This document shows positions 26,040 through 35,046 of a DNA stretch of 55,672 nt, one piece after another (the stretch's first letter is position 1; each line of letters begins with the position of its first letter). Source of the stretch: an uncultured Candidatus Saccharibacteria bacterium (lineage in GTDB: Bacteria > Patescibacteriota > Minisyncoccia > Sungbacterales > SURF-37); contig CAYIKH010000002.1 of NCBI GenBank assembly GCA_964363965.1, forward strand, positions 1 through 55,672. The letters are read 5' to 3'. A program made the translations under genes and the position numbers. The notes below the pieces were generated by a model that saw only the letters and a program-made list of their open reading frames with translations, ran no database searches and had not been told where the DNA came from.

Positions 26040-27134
26040 ATGAAAATAACGTGCACGACTGAACATTTAAAAACAGCTGTTCTAACTGTTGAGCATTTCA
26101 CAGGGAGGCATGTAACCCTCCCTATTCTTTCTTATATTCTTATTACCGTAAAGGAGAGAAAAATTTATTTAAGCGCTACAAATCTTGAAATAGGAATTGA
26201 ATACGCCATCCCCGGTAAAATTCAAAAACCAGGAACCGTAACCATCCCCGCTAAAACACTTACTCAAATTATTCAATCCATACCCGACGAGACAATAACT
26301 CTTGATGGCCAGCAAAATAAAATTCTAATCCATACCCCTTCCAGTGACATCACTATTCTTGGGTTAGATCCGACTGATTTCCCAAATCTACCCACAATAA
26401 AAAAAGAACACTCCTTCTCCATACCCGCAGAGGTATTAACTTTAGCCCTACACCAGGTACTCCCGGCGGTGGCCCCCACCGATCTTAAACCTCAACTTTC
26501 CGGAGTTTTTATGGCTTCAACCGACGAAGCATTGGTTCTAGCCGCAACCGATTCTTTTCGTTTGGCTGAGAAAACTATTAATCATACCGAAGGGCTTTCT
26601 AATCGTATAGAGTGCATTGTCCCCGGACGAACCATGCAGGAGCTTCTCCGTACTCTGCCTTCAGGCGGCGAGGTGCAAGTTAATGTCGGCGAGAATCAGG
26701 TGGTTTTTGAATGGAATGAGACGCGTATTTTATCCCGTCTTATTGACGGCGCCTACCCCCCTTATAAAAACATCATTCCCAAAAGTTACGAGACCACCAT
26801 TGTTGTTAACCGTGAGGATTTATTAAAAAAAATACGGCTGGCTTCCGTATTCTCCAGTCGCTTAAACGACGTTACCCTCCACGTATCACCCAAGGAGCTG
26901 GCCATAACCACCGCCAACGCCGAAAGCGGCGGCACGACCACCCGCATGCCGGTCAAGGGTCGCGGAGCCTCAGGGGCGGTAGTTTTTAATTACCGCTATC
27001 TTTGGGATGGGATAGAGGCGGCTCAAGGACCGCAGGTCACCTTGCATATTAATGGCATATCCGGACCGACGCTTATCCAGAGCCAAGCCGATCCTTCGTT
27101 CCTTTATCTCCTTATGCCCATACGCGCAACGTAA
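26040..27134 (+). CDS. dnaN: DNA polymerase III beta sliding clamp DnaN
   Basis: 364 aa with three-domain beta-clamp architecture, immediately downstream of dnaA. The first roughly 500 nt are conspicuously AT-rich. Confidence 0.9.
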   Translation: MKITCTTEHLKTAVLTVEHFTGRHVTLPILSYILITVKERKIYLSATNLEIGIEYAIPGKIQKPGTVTIPAKTLTQIIQSIPDETITLDGQQNKILIHTPSSDITILGLDPTDFPNLPTIKKEHSFSIPAEVLTLALHQVLPAVAPTDLKPQLSGVFMASTDEALVLAATDSFRLAEKTINHTEGLSNRIECIVPGRTMQELLRTLPSGGEVQVNVGENQVVFEWNETRILSRLIDGAYPPYKNIIPKSYETTIVVNREDLLKKIRLASVFSSRLNDVTLHVSPKELAITTANAESGGTTTRMPVKGRGASGAVVFNYRYLWDGIEAAQGPQVTLHINGISGPTLIQSQADPSFLYLLMPIRAT

Positions 27135-27164
27135 CTCCCCACCCCGCAACGCATAGAAACTTCA

Positions 27165-27200
27165 CCCCCACACCACGGCCGGAAGGCCGTGGTGTGGGGG
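27165..27200. terminator. Bidirectional hairpin between convergent dnaN and PBP1A genes
   Basis: Perfect 16-bp stem CCCCCACACCACGGCC(GGAA)GGCCGTGGTGTGGGGG. It abuts the PBP1A stop and lies 30 nt after the dnaN stop. No strong U-tract. Confidence 0.55.
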
Positions 27201-27201
27201 G

Positions 27202-29751
27202 TCACGGAATCGTCACCGCCACAGAACCAGCATTACCAACAGCATCGTAAGCGCGGATTTCAATTTCATTCATGCCGCGGCCAAGCTCCTCCGCGGAGAT
27301 GGCAAATTCCAGAAGCAAGGAAGGCTTTTGACGCGAGGCAATGATTTCATTACCAAAGGCCAGCGTAACCTCGGCCAGGCTGTAGGCGGCCTCAACTTCA
27401 ATTTTAAGAATTACACCCCCATCAACGGCGGGTTGTTTTTGCACCCGAAGTCGCGGTTGTTTCTCTAGGGTATGGACATCGTCGAATTCAGTCGGCGCGG
27501 TACTGATGGGTCGCGGCTGAAAGTTGCTCTGGCGCCGCCATTTTTGGAAAGCCGCCTCCCAGTTGGCGTATTGCGGATTTTGGTAGGGGTCTTGTGGCGG
27601 CGGGCCGGTGGGATCGGCGCGGTCAATCCAGTAAAGCGGGTCATGCGGCTCGCCAAAAGCAACATCGCGTCGGGTTTCGAGCGGCGTCAACTCCGTGGCT
27701 ATCTTTCCGGATATAGCATCCAAAGTTAAAACCACATCGCCCTGCCAGATTCCTTTAAGTAGCGGTTTTGAAGTTTCGCCTTTCGGCGGAGGAATAAAAT
27801 CTTCGCTTAAAATTTTCTGGAAAGCCAGTTCCATAAATTCATGCCAGGCCGGTGCGGCGGCCATGACGCCCGAACCCTTCTGCTGCATTTCCGTGTTGTC
27901 ACTGTTCCCGGCCCAAACCCCCCCGACTAGAGCCGGCGTGTAGCCAATTGCCCAAGCATCGCGGAAATCTTGGGTCGTGCCGGTTTTGGCCGCGACCTTG
28001 CGATCGGGAAAATAAAGCGAGGAACGGGGTTGGAACACGGGGATGCGCGCTTGGTTATCCGAGAGGATGTCATTGATGAGGCGGGCGATGTCGGGATCCA
28101 AGACCGGCCGCGGCTGTTCGCGCTTCTCTTCCAAAATTTTTCCATCCGCGGTTGTGATTTTAAGAATGCCCGTCGGCGGATTTAAGACGCCGTCATTGGC
28201 CAAAACGCCGTAGGCGCTGACCATCTCGAGTAGCCTTACCTCCGCTCCGCCCAAGACAATGGACAAGCCGAAGCGTTCGCGTTCCTTAAGCGAGGTTATG
28301 CCTAAATCCTCGGCAGTGCGGATGGAATCTTCAATACCCGCAAGATACAGGAGCTTCACCGAGGGTACGTTTAAGGACTGAGCCAGGGCCTGGCGCACGC
28401 TCACCGGTCCTCTAAAAGTTTCATCGTAGTTTTGGGGGTGGTAGCAATCTTTGGGTTCCAGGGCGCTTCCCGGGCGCGGCAGGCCTTCGGGGGTGCAGAG
28501 GGGATTAAACTCAGTCTCGACATCAAAGAGCGTCATCTCTGGGGTCAAGCCCTTCTTAAAGGCCGTGGCATAGGCAAAGGGCTTGAAGGCCGAACCGGGC
28601 TGGCGGAGTCGAGTCGCCGCGTTGACATAGGGGTCAAGGCGGCAGTTCACCCCCGGCTGGCATCCCTCCGGAATAGGGTCAGCGAGTTTATCCGAGAGCC
28701 AGCCGGCTGAGCCTACCATGGCGAGAATTTCTCCCGTCCTGGGATCAATGGCGGCAAGCGCCATATTCGCCGCCTTGATGAGCGACTCGTTTCGGGCCGC
28801 GTACTCAGCAACAATTTTCTCGGCCGCCTCCTGGAGCTCCCAATCCAAGGTGGTGGTAACAATAAGTCCGCCCTGCTCCACCTCCTCCTCGCCGAAGCGC
28901 TCGCGGAGGTAGTCGCGGACGAACATCACGAAGTGCGGGGCGCGGATGTTTTTGGTCGGCGGCAGGAATTTGATAACCTCGGCTTTGGCGGATCTCGCCT
29001 CCTCGGCGGTGAGGTAACCCAACTCCTGCATGCGATCCAAAATATAATCCTTTCTTTTCAGTAATTCGTCCCTGTGCTGAGCGTAGGGTGAGTAGTAGCT
29101 CGGCGCAACCGGCAGGGCCGATAAAAGAGCGGCCTGCGCAGTGGTCAGCTCGCCGGCGTGTCGGCCGAAGAAAGTTTCAGCCGCGGCCTCGATGCCGTAG
29201 GCATTGGCGCCGTAGGGAATCTGGTTTAGGTAAAGATCAAGGATTTTATCTTTGTCCAGTTTAGCCTCAAGAATTATGGCTAATGCCGCCTCGCGTATTT
29301 TGCGGCGGAAGGTCCTCTCGCGGCCTACGAGCGAGTTTTTCACCAGTTGCTGAGTGATGGTTGAACCGCCCTGAGCCAGATCCCTTGAGGCGATATCGCG
29401 GAGAACGGCCCTCAAGATGCCGCGAAGATCAATGCCGGCATGGCGATAGAAGTTGGCGTCTTCAATGGCGATGGTGGCGTTTTTAACCACAGCCGGAATA
29501 TCGCCAAAGGGAATCACCGTTCTCCGTTCCTCGCCGTGGACTTCGTAGAGCAAAACCCGCCCGCCGCGGTCATAAATTTTTGTAGACTGCACCACCCGGC
29601 GCGAAAAAAGTTCTTCCGGAGCCGGCAGATCCCGCAGGGTTACGGCCAGGGTCAGCCCGCCACCCAAAACAGCCAACAGCGCGACCACTCCTCCGATCAA
29701 AAGGAGGCGGTAGATAATTTTTTTGCGGCGGCGATTTTTAGGGCGGATCAT
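27202..29751 (-). CDS. Class A penicillin-binding protein (transglycosylase + transpeptidase, PBP1A-type) with C-terminal Ig-like extension
   Basis: 849 aa. N-terminal TM; GT51 motifs EDANFYRHAGID and RKIREA; TP motifs SAFKPF and KTGTT; a C-terminal roughly 100-aa beta domain. Confidence 0.9.
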   Translation of the reverse strand: MIRPKNRRRKKIIYRLLLIGGVVALLAVLGGGLTLAVTLRDLPAPEELFSRRVVQSTKIYDRGGRVLLYEVHGEERRTVIPFGDIPAVVKNATIAIEDANFYRHAGIDLRGILRAVLRDIASRDLAQGGSTITQQLVKNSLVGRERTFRRKIREAALAIILEAKLDKDKILDLYLNQIPYGANAYGIEAAAETFFGRHAGELTTAQAALLSALPVAPSYYSPYAQHRDELLKRKDYILDRMQELGYLTAEEARSAKAEVIKFLPPTKNIRAPHFVMFVRDYLRERFGEEEVEQGGLIVTTTLDWELQEAAEKIVAEYAARNESLIKAANMALAAIDPRTGEILAMVGSAGWLSDKLADPIPEGCQPGVNCRLDPYVNAATRLRQPGSAFKPFAYATAFKKGLTPEMTLFDVETEFNPLCTPEGLPRPGSALEPKDCYHPQNYDETFRGPVSVRQALAQSLNVPSVKLLYLAGIEDSIRTAEDLGITSLKERERFGLSIVLGGAEVRLLEMVSAYGVLANDGVLNPPTGILKITTADGKILEEKREQPRPVLDPDIARLINDILSDNQARIPVFQPRSSLYFPDRKVAAKTGTTQDFRDAWAIGYTPALVGGVWAGNSDNTEMQQKGSGVMAAAPAWHEFMELAFQKILSEDFIPPPKGETSKPLLKGIWQGDVVLTLDAISGKIATELTPLETRRDVAFGEPHDPLYWIDRADPTGPPPQDPYQNPQYANWEAAFQKWRRQSNFQPRPISTAPTEFDDVHTLEKQPRLRVQKQPAVDGGVILKIEVEAAYSLAEVTLAFGNEIIASRQKPSLLLEFAISAEELGRGMNEIEIRAYDAVGNAGSVAVTIP

Positions 29752-29752
29752 A

Positions 29753-29855
29753 CCCGGTGCTACAACTTATAACCAAAGAAGGTTTTTAATTGTTTGGCTT
29801 GGAGGTAGTATGTGAAAGCGTATACGAAATATATATTTGAAGTTGTAGCACCGGG
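29753..29855. mobile_element. MITE-like 103-bp element with perfect 16-bp terminal inverted repeats and a CATA direct repeat at both flanks
   Basis: CCCGGTGCTACAACTT at 29753-29768 and AAGTTGTAGCACCGGG at 29840-29855. The 71-bp interior is AT-rich. CATA directly flanks both ends (29749-29752 and 29856-29859); the left copy contains the PBP1A start codon (CAT). Confidence 0.35.
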
Positions 29856-29910
29856 CATAACTAGGGCAGTATAGCATGGATTAATTGCGGTTGGAACGCT
29901 GGTCCGAGGT

Positions 29911-31119
29911 GTGGTATGGTGTGGCCGTATGCCAAAGCATGCGCAAGAGTTTTTTAAATTTCTTTCAAGCCGCAGCGCCGAGATCATCACCGCGGAGAGT
30001 CTACGGCGTAAATTGGCCTCCCCGCGTAAGCTCCGTGTCAAACTGGGTATTGATCCCACCAGCCCCGATCTCCATCTTGGGCACATCGTGCCGCTTTTGA
30101 TGCTGCGCGCCTTCCAGGATGCCGGGCATCAGGCTGTGCTTATCATTGGCGATTTCACTGCCCAGATCGGCGATCCGGCTGGCGCCGAGGCCGCACGCCG
30201 GCAACTCACCCCGGCTGAGGTCAAAAGAAACGAGCGCACCTACCTTTCCCAAATCGGCTCCACTCTCGATCTAAAAAAAGCCGAGATGCGTCACAACAGC
30301 GAATGGTTTAGGCCCATGACCCTTAAGGATTTCCTTTCGCTGCTCACTTATTTTTCGTTAAGGAGCGCGTGGCAGCGGCAAGATTTTCAGAAGCGGCTTA
30401 AGGCTGGCCGCGAGGTGCGACTGCACGAGGCTATGTATCATGTGCTCCAAGGGTACGATTCTGTTGCTGTGCGCGCCGATGTTGAGCTTGGTTCTCGAGA
30501 CCAGAAACTGAATATGCTGGCTGGGCGGTGGCTGCAAACCAAACTGGGGCAGACGCCGCAAGATATAGTGCTTCTGCCCTATCTCATCGGCTTGGACGGC
30601 CGGAACAAAATGTCAAAGTCCGTCGGCAATACCATTAACCTCCGCGATTCGGCTGGCGACATGTTCGGCAAGGTTATGTCCATCCCTGACGGACTCATTG
30701 TGAATTATGCCGAGCTTGCCGCCTGGTTTCCCCTAGAGCGGATTCGACGGCTCAAAAGCCAATTGGCCCGCGGCTCAAACCCGCGCGATGTTAAGCTCGG
30801 CGTGGCCGAGGCCATCGTCCGTCTCTACCACGGCGTGCCCAGAGCCCAGAAGGCCCGGGCGGAGTTCGTGAAATTGTTTTCAAGAAAAGAGGTTCCGGAT
30901 TCAATACCCAAAGTGCATCTTAGGCTGAAGGCCTGGCGCCCCCTTGAGTTACTGGCTGCGCTAAAAGTCACCCGCTCTAAGTCCGAGGCGCGGCGGCTGA
31001 TTGCCGGGCGGGCCGTGGAGGTGGACGGGCGGACAATAGCACCGTCGGATGGCCCCACCCTCCTCCGCCGCGGCAGTGTGGTCAGGGTGGGCAAGAAAAA
31101 ATTTTTTCGTGTTGTCTAA
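29911..31119 (+). CDS. tyrS: Tyrosine--tRNA ligase (with C-terminal S4 domain)
   Basis: HIGH motif DLHLGHIVPL; KMSKS motif KMSKSVGN; C-terminal S4-like RLIAGRAVEVDGRTI. SD GAGGTG upstream; alternative Met 6 codons in. Confidence 0.9.
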   Translation: MVWCGRMPKHAQEFFKFLSSRSAEIITAESLRRKLASPRKLRVKLGIDPTSPDLHLGHIVPLLMLRAFQDAGHQAVLIIGDFTAQIGDPAGAEAARRQLTPAEVKRNERTYLSQIGSTLDLKKAEMRHNSEWFRPMTLKDFLSLLTYFSLRSAWQRQDFQKRLKAGREVRLHEAMYHVLQGYDSVAVRADVELGSRDQKLNMLAGRWLQTKLGQTPQDIVLLPYLIGLDGRNKMSKSVGNTINLRDSAGDMFGKVMSIPDGLIVNYAELAAWFPLERIRRLKSQLARGSNPRDVKLGVAEAIVRLYHGVPRAQKARAEFVKLFSRKEVPDSIPKVHLRLKAWRPLELLAALKVTRSKSEARRLIAGRAVEVDGRTIAPSDGPTLLRRGSVVRVGKKKFFRVV

Positions 31120-31127
31120 ATGCGGAT

Positions 31128-31160
31128 AACAAAACCCCGCCATTAGGCGGGGTTTTGTTA
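31128..31160. terminator. Bidirectional rho-independent terminator (tyrS / ruvC side)
   Basis: AACAAAACCCCGCC(ATTA)GGCGGGGTTTTGTTAT: a perfect 14-bp stem with A/T runs on both sides, 9 nt after the tyrS stop. Confidence 0.7.
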
Positions 31161-31301
31161 TAGGTCTTCAGGCGTATCGCCGTCAGCGCCAAGACCCTCA
31201 TCACCTTCGTCATCATCCAGCGGTATTTCCTCATCATCCACTTTTTCATCCTCGTCTTCTTGGGCTGTCAGCGGCAAGATAGAATTTCCAAACTGTGCCA
31301 T
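31158..31301 (-). CDS. Possible small acidic protein (47 aa)
   Basis: Below the ORF-track size cutoff. MAQFGNSILPLTAQEDEDEKVDDEEIPLDDDEGDEGLGADGDTPEDL, downstream of and co-directional with ruvC. No clear SD; its stop lies inside the terminator stem. Confidence 0.2.
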   Translation of the reverse strand: MAQFGNSILPLTAQEDEDEKVDDEEIPLDDDEGDEGLGADGDTPEDL

Positions 31302-31348
31302 GGCCGGAAAAAACATTACTGGATAGTTTTCGACCTTTATCGTGTTAT

Positions 31349-31831
31349 TTAAGACTTTTGTAGCGGGGTGATCTTTAAGAGCGCGGTGATGGCGAGGGCA
31401 ATGGCGTCCACCGCATCGTCGCCGGAAGGGATGGCCGCGCCGGGAAGGAGCAATCGGACCATCCGCCGCACCTGTGACTTATCCGCCCGGCCGTAACCAG
31501 TCACCGCCATTTTCACCTCCGGCGGCGTATACTCCCCGATGGTAGAGACATGGCGTGAGGCTGTCAAGATAATTATCCCCCGCGCTTCGGCCACGGCCAA
31601 GGCCGTCTTGGTGTTCTTTTCAAAAAAGACCTTCTCGACCGCCACAATATCGGCGCGGTCGCGGCGGAGCCGCTGGTCCAGAGCCTTCTCAAGCCCGGAC
31701 AGCCGTTCCGCCGTGGTGCGGGAGTCGAGAACGATAGTTTCGGCATGGCGAAGCCGTGGGGCTAGGCGTTCACCCTCAACCAAGGCGTAGCCGATGCGAT
31801 GTGTACCTGGGTCAATGCCTACAACTCTCAT
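31349..31831 (-). CDS. ruvC: Crossover junction endodeoxyribonuclease RuvC
   Basis: Start trimmed to MRVVGIDPGTHRIGYAL (RNase-H fold DxG motif). Catalytic acidic residues are conserved. 2 nt from the yebC stop. Confidence 0.85.
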   Translation of the reverse strand: MRVVGIDPGTHRIGYALVEGERLAPRLRHAETIVLDSRTTAERLSGLEKALDQRLRRDRADIVAVEKVFFEKNTKTALAVAEARGIIILTASRHVSTIGEYTPPEVKMAVTGYGRADKSQVRRMVRLLLPGAAIPSGDDAVDAIALAITALLKITPLQKS

Positions 31832-32547
31832 ACTTTTAAGTTGGTCCACACCTCCGTGACATCCGGGTGATCTTCAAGGGTCTGCACCAAGGTAGCGGAC
31901 CGATTTTTATTTTGTGGGTCAACCGCAACCATATTTTTGGAAACGACTATGCTCTCTATTGCCAGCGGTGTAAGGCCGCGGTCCTGGATGGTGCTTTGGA
32001 AAGATGACCAGCCTTCAGGCCGCACCACGGCGCGGAGGCGCTCCGGGATTCTGGCGATATCTTCAGCCCCGGCATCAATGAGCCTAAGTTCAAATTCCTC
32101 TGCGCCTTCACCGGGCAGCGCAAAATCAGCGGCGTATCTCCGCTCAAACATCCAGGTAACACTTCCCGCCTCAGCCAGTCTCCCCCCAAACTCTCCCAGG
32201 ATTCTTTTAATATCGGCGAGCGTGCGGTTGGGGTTGTCGGTTACCACCGAGATTACGAGAGCCATTCCACCCGGTCCGTAAGCTTCATATTCCATCGCGC
32301 GCAATTTAGCCGGCTCCGGCCCCCCCGCGCCGTGCTCAATTGCTCGCTCGATATTTTCTTTGGGGATACCGGAGGCTCTGGCCTGATCAATAACCTGGCG
32401 GAGCTTGGGGTTGGTATCGGGATTGGCTCCGCCTTCACGGGCGGCAACGCTGATTAAGCGGCCAAGTTTCGAAAACAGCATCCCGCGCCTGGCATCCGAG
32501 CCGGCTTTCTTATGCTTGACTTGGGCCCAACGGGAGTGGCCAGCCAT
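31828..32547 (-). CDS. yebC: YebC/PmpR family DNA-binding transcriptional regulator
   Basis: MAGHSRWAQVKHKKAGSDARRGMLFSKLGRLISVAAREGG is the canonical YebC N-terminus. It lies directly upstream of ruvC, as in many bacteria. Confidence 0.9.
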   Translation of the reverse strand: MAGHSRWAQVKHKKAGSDARRGMLFSKLGRLISVAAREGGANPDTNPKLRQVIDQARASGIPKENIERAIEHGAGGPEPAKLRAMEYEAYGPGGMALVISVVTDNPNRTLADIKRILGEFGGRLAEAGSVTWMFERRYAADFALPGEGAEEFELRLIDAGAEDIARIPERLRAVVRPEGWSSFQSTIQDRGLTPLAIESIVVSKNMVAVDPQNKNRSATLVQTLEDHPDVTEVWTNLKV

Positions 32548-32558
32548 ATCTTAAAAAA

Positions 32559-32578
32559 TTCGAAATTCGAATTTCGAA
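32559..32578. promoter_or_regulatory. Perfect 20-bp palindrome TTCGAAATTCGAATTTCGAA immediately upstream of the yebC-ruvC operon
   Basis: Exact self-complementary 20-mer, 12-31 nt upstream of the yebC start codon, within an AT-rich spacer. Operator-like. Confidence 0.45.
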
Positions 32579-32619
32579 ATTCTAAACGCGGTTTGCAATT
32601 TGAAATTTGGGATTTTAGA

Positions 32620-32637
32620 TTTGTTTAGGATTTCGAA
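32620..32637. repeat. AT-rich intergenic motif family, copy B (TTTGTTTAGGATTTCGAA)
   Basis: 17/18 identical to copy C. It lies in the yebC upstream spacer next to the 20-bp palindrome. Confidence 0.45.
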
Positions 32638-32659
32638 TTTCGTCATTCTGATTTTATAT

Positions 32660-33190
32660 TTATAACCCCGGTGATGGCGGCAACATTGGGCGAGGAGTTC
32701 GGGAGTATTTCAGGATGAGGTCTTTGGCCTGATAACAATCCGGCACCTCGGAGATGGTGAACTCGCCATGGCCCGCGGTCTGGATCCTAATGTTGCCGAA
32801 TTTCAAAACCGTAGCCACAAACCCAGGAATTTCAATGGTCACGTTTTGCACCCGTTCCATGGGAATTTCGGAAATTTCGCGATGGAAAAGACCGTGCTGC
32901 TCCACGTCAATCAAGCGATGATCGGTGATTACCCAGATGTCGAGGTAATAGGCAATCCAAATGACCAGAAGATAGGTAAGCAACCCCATGGTATAAAGTG
33001 CTAAAAGAAAGGTAGCCAATGCTCCGAACATCTCTCCCCTAAGAGCGTTCGGTAAGTAGCGCGGCGCCAGGCTAATGCCGATGGGCGGCACAGTGAGCAG
33101 AATAAAAAACATTACTAGCGGACCCAGGAATACAATCCAGTGCCGCCGCATAACCCAGAGCACTTTTTCACCCGGAGCAAGTTGAATCAT
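32660..33190 (-). CDS. Membrane protein with bacterial PH (bPH_2/YdbS-YdbT-like) domain
   Basis: Two TM helices flank a PH-like region. Sequence ITDHRLIDVEQHGLFHREISEIPMERVQNVTIEIPG is typical of the bPH_2/DUF304 family. Confidence 0.6.
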   Translation of the reverse strand: MIQLAPGEKVLWVMRRHWIVFLGPLVMFFILLTVPPIGISLAPRYLPNALRGEMFGALATFLLALYTMGLLTYLLVIWIAYYLDIWVITDHRLIDVEQHGLFHREISEIPMERVQNVTIEIPGFVATVLKFGNIRIQTAGHGEFTISEVPDCYQAKDLILKYSRTPRPMLPPSPGL

Positions 33191-33199
33191 AGCAATGGT

Positions 33200-33412
33200 T
33201 TAGAAAGGATAGGCCGACCACGGTATTCGCAAGAAAGAATATAGCGCCAATGCCAGTAAAGTTAGCGAGAGTCCAAGGTAGGCCGGCACCACCGCTTTGG
33301 CCGCAGTCCAGCCCGGCAGGGTGTACTTGTGAAGATGCCATATAACCGCGGCAGCTATAAAAGCATCAGTCGCGATAAAGACTATTAAAAGGACCAGCAG
33401 TAGGACAAACAT
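33200..33412 (-). CDS. Small two-TM membrane protein
   Basis: 70 aa, two hydrophobic helices. It packs tightly between ruvB and the bPH_2 gene. Confidence 0.45.
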   Translation of the reverse strand: MFVLLLVLLIVFIATDAFIAAAVIWHLHKYTLPGWTAAKAVVPAYLGLSLTLLALALYSFLRIPWSAYPF

Positions 33413-33418
33413 TAATTT

Positions 33419-34429
33419 TTAAGAATTAATCAGTCGTGGCGGCTCCGGGAATTCAAAGCCAAGATGCTGCCAGGCCAAGCGCGTGGCCACCCGGCCGCGG
33501 GCTGTTCTCTCCAAAAATCCGAGCTGCATTAAATAAGGCTCATAAACCTCTTCAATGGTATCTTCCTCCTCAGCGGTAACTGCGGCCAGAGCCGCAAGTC
33601 CCACCGGACCGCCCTGGAATTTTTTAATCATCGCTTCAAGAATTCGACGATCCGTGGGCTCCAGACCCAGTTCGTCGACCTCCAACAGCCGCAAGGCCTC
33701 GCGAGCGGTGAAAACGGTGATGTGGCCAGTACCGTGAACTTCGGCGTAGTCGCGGACGCGCTTTAAGAGTCGGTTGGCCACTCGGGGCGTGAAGCGCGAG
33801 GAGGCGGCGGTGATGGCCATGGCCTCCGGATCAGATTGGATGTTTAAGATGCTGCAGGAGCGCTCAAGAATCTGCTCAATATCCGGCTGGGAGTAAAAAT
33901 CAAGCCGAAAAGTGACTCCAAAGCGCGAACGCAGGGGACCGGAGAGCATGCCGATCCTGGTGGTGGCGGCAATAAGGGTGAACGGCGGAAGTTCCAGCTG
34001 TAGGGTGCGGGCCGAGGGCCCCTTGCCAATGATGATGTCCAGCGTCCGCGACTCCATGGCCGGATAAAGCACCTCCTCAATGAGTTTATTCATGCGGTGG
34101 GCCTCATCAATGAAAAGGATGTCTCCGGGCAGAAGATTGGTCAGGATGGAGGCAAGATCCCCCACCCGCTCGATGGCCGGACCGGAGGTTACGCGGATGT
34201 TGGTATTCATCTCCCGGGCGATGAGATGGGCGAGTGAGGTCTTGCCGAGGCCGGCCGGGCCGTAAAGCAGCACGTGTTCAATTGGTTCTTGGCGTTTTTG
34301 GGCTGCGGCAATCAGGATTTTCAGGTTGTCCTTCACTGCCTTCTGGCCTACAAAATCGTTCCAGCGCTGCGGGCGCAGGGTTTGATCCAGCTTGAGGTCT
34401 TCGTTTTTTTGTTTTGGCTCGGTCAGCAC
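33419..34429 (-). CDS. ruvB: Holliday junction branch migration ATPase RuvB
   Basis: Walker [12 protein letters not shown]; Walker [10 protein letters not shown]; sensor and winged-helix C-terminus. 336 aa. Confidence 0.95.
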   Translation of the reverse strand: MLTEPKQKNEDLKLDQTLRPQRWNDFVGQKAVKDNLKILIAAAQKRQEPIEHVLLYGPAGLGKTSLAHLIAREMNTNIRVTSGPAIERVGDLASILTNLLPGDILFIDEAHRMNKLIEEVLYPAMESRTLDIIIGKGPSARTLQLELPPFTLIAATTRIGMLSGPLRSRFGVTFRLDFYSQPDIEQILERSCSILNIQSDPEAMAITAASSRFTPRVANRLLKRVRDYAEVHGTGHITVFTAREALRLLEVDELGLEPTDRRILEAMIKKFQGGPVGLAALAAVTAEEEDTIEEVYEPYLMQLGFLERTARGRVATRLAWQHLGFEFPEPPRLINS

Positions 34430-34452
34430 AGTTTTAATTGCAGTCGCTTCTA

Positions 34453-34481
34453 TTGACAGATATACTATATTTTGATATAAT
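34453..34481 (+). promoter_or_regulatory. Consensus sigma70 promoter (TTGACA-17-TATAAT)
   Basis: TTGACA at 34453-34458, a 17-nt spacer, and TATAAT at 34476-34481. Both hexamers match the consensus exactly. Confidence 0.6.
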
Positions 34482-34487
34482 TCTTTT

Positions 34488-34809
34488 TACTACAGTTCGG
34501 ATTAAGGAGGGCACGGCCCTTTTATTCTTTTTTGTCGCCTCCTCGGGCTGTGGGCAATTAAAGTCGGCGTCCGTCGGCCTTAATGGGGGTTTTTCCAAAC
34601 TCGGCATCCTGGTGTCCGCCTTGTCGCGGAGCGCACTGGGGTGCGCGAATGTGAAACCCTGACCTCTGCGTTCCCAAACCAGAGCATTGCCCACAGCCCG
34701 AGGATACGACGAAGTTGGCAAGTTTCAAGATTTAAAGATGACAAGTTCGGAAAGTTCTTTTGAGCAGTAAACCGTTCGGATGCCGAGCGCGAGCTCGGAG
34801 GAGGTAAAG
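34488..34809 (+). promoter_or_regulatory. Structured roughly 320-nt 5' leader (candidate cis-regulatory RNA / riboswitch-like)
   Basis: A 15-bp long-range perfect pairing (CGGGCTGTGGGCAAT at 34544-34558 with ATTGCCCACAGCCCG at 34686-34700) encloses about 127 nt. Local hairpins include GCGCAC(TGGG)GTGCGC. A weak attenuator-like hairpin plus U-run follows the transcription start site. A strong SD (GGAGGAGGT) follows. No match to a riboswitch class I know. Confidence 0.35.
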
Positions 34810-35031
34810 ATGGTGAAAATTGGTAGTTTCTCACTTGGCGCTGTATCAGCTGGCATCGGGATTATCCTGTTTGTAGTTGGAGGGCTTGTGGCGGGTGGTG
34901 GATTTGTCTACAGCCTCCTTACCCAGTCGTCGGTCGAACTCCTTTCCTACTTCATCCGAGCTGGGGCCATGATATTTTTCGCTGGCCTCGTGTTCCTTTT
35001 TCTGAGCATGAGCGCGGACGATGGGATATAG
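34810..35031 (+). CDS. Small two-TM membrane protein (73 aa)
   Basis: ATG with strong SD GGAGGAGGTAAAG. Two hydrophobic helices. The track ORF starts 10 codons earlier without an SD. Confidence 0.55.
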   Translation: MVKIGSFSLGAVSAGIGIILFVVGGLVAGGGFVYSLLTQSSVELLSYFIRAGAMIFFAGLVFLFLSMSADDGI

Positions 35032-35046
35032 AAGTTGGGGTATATC

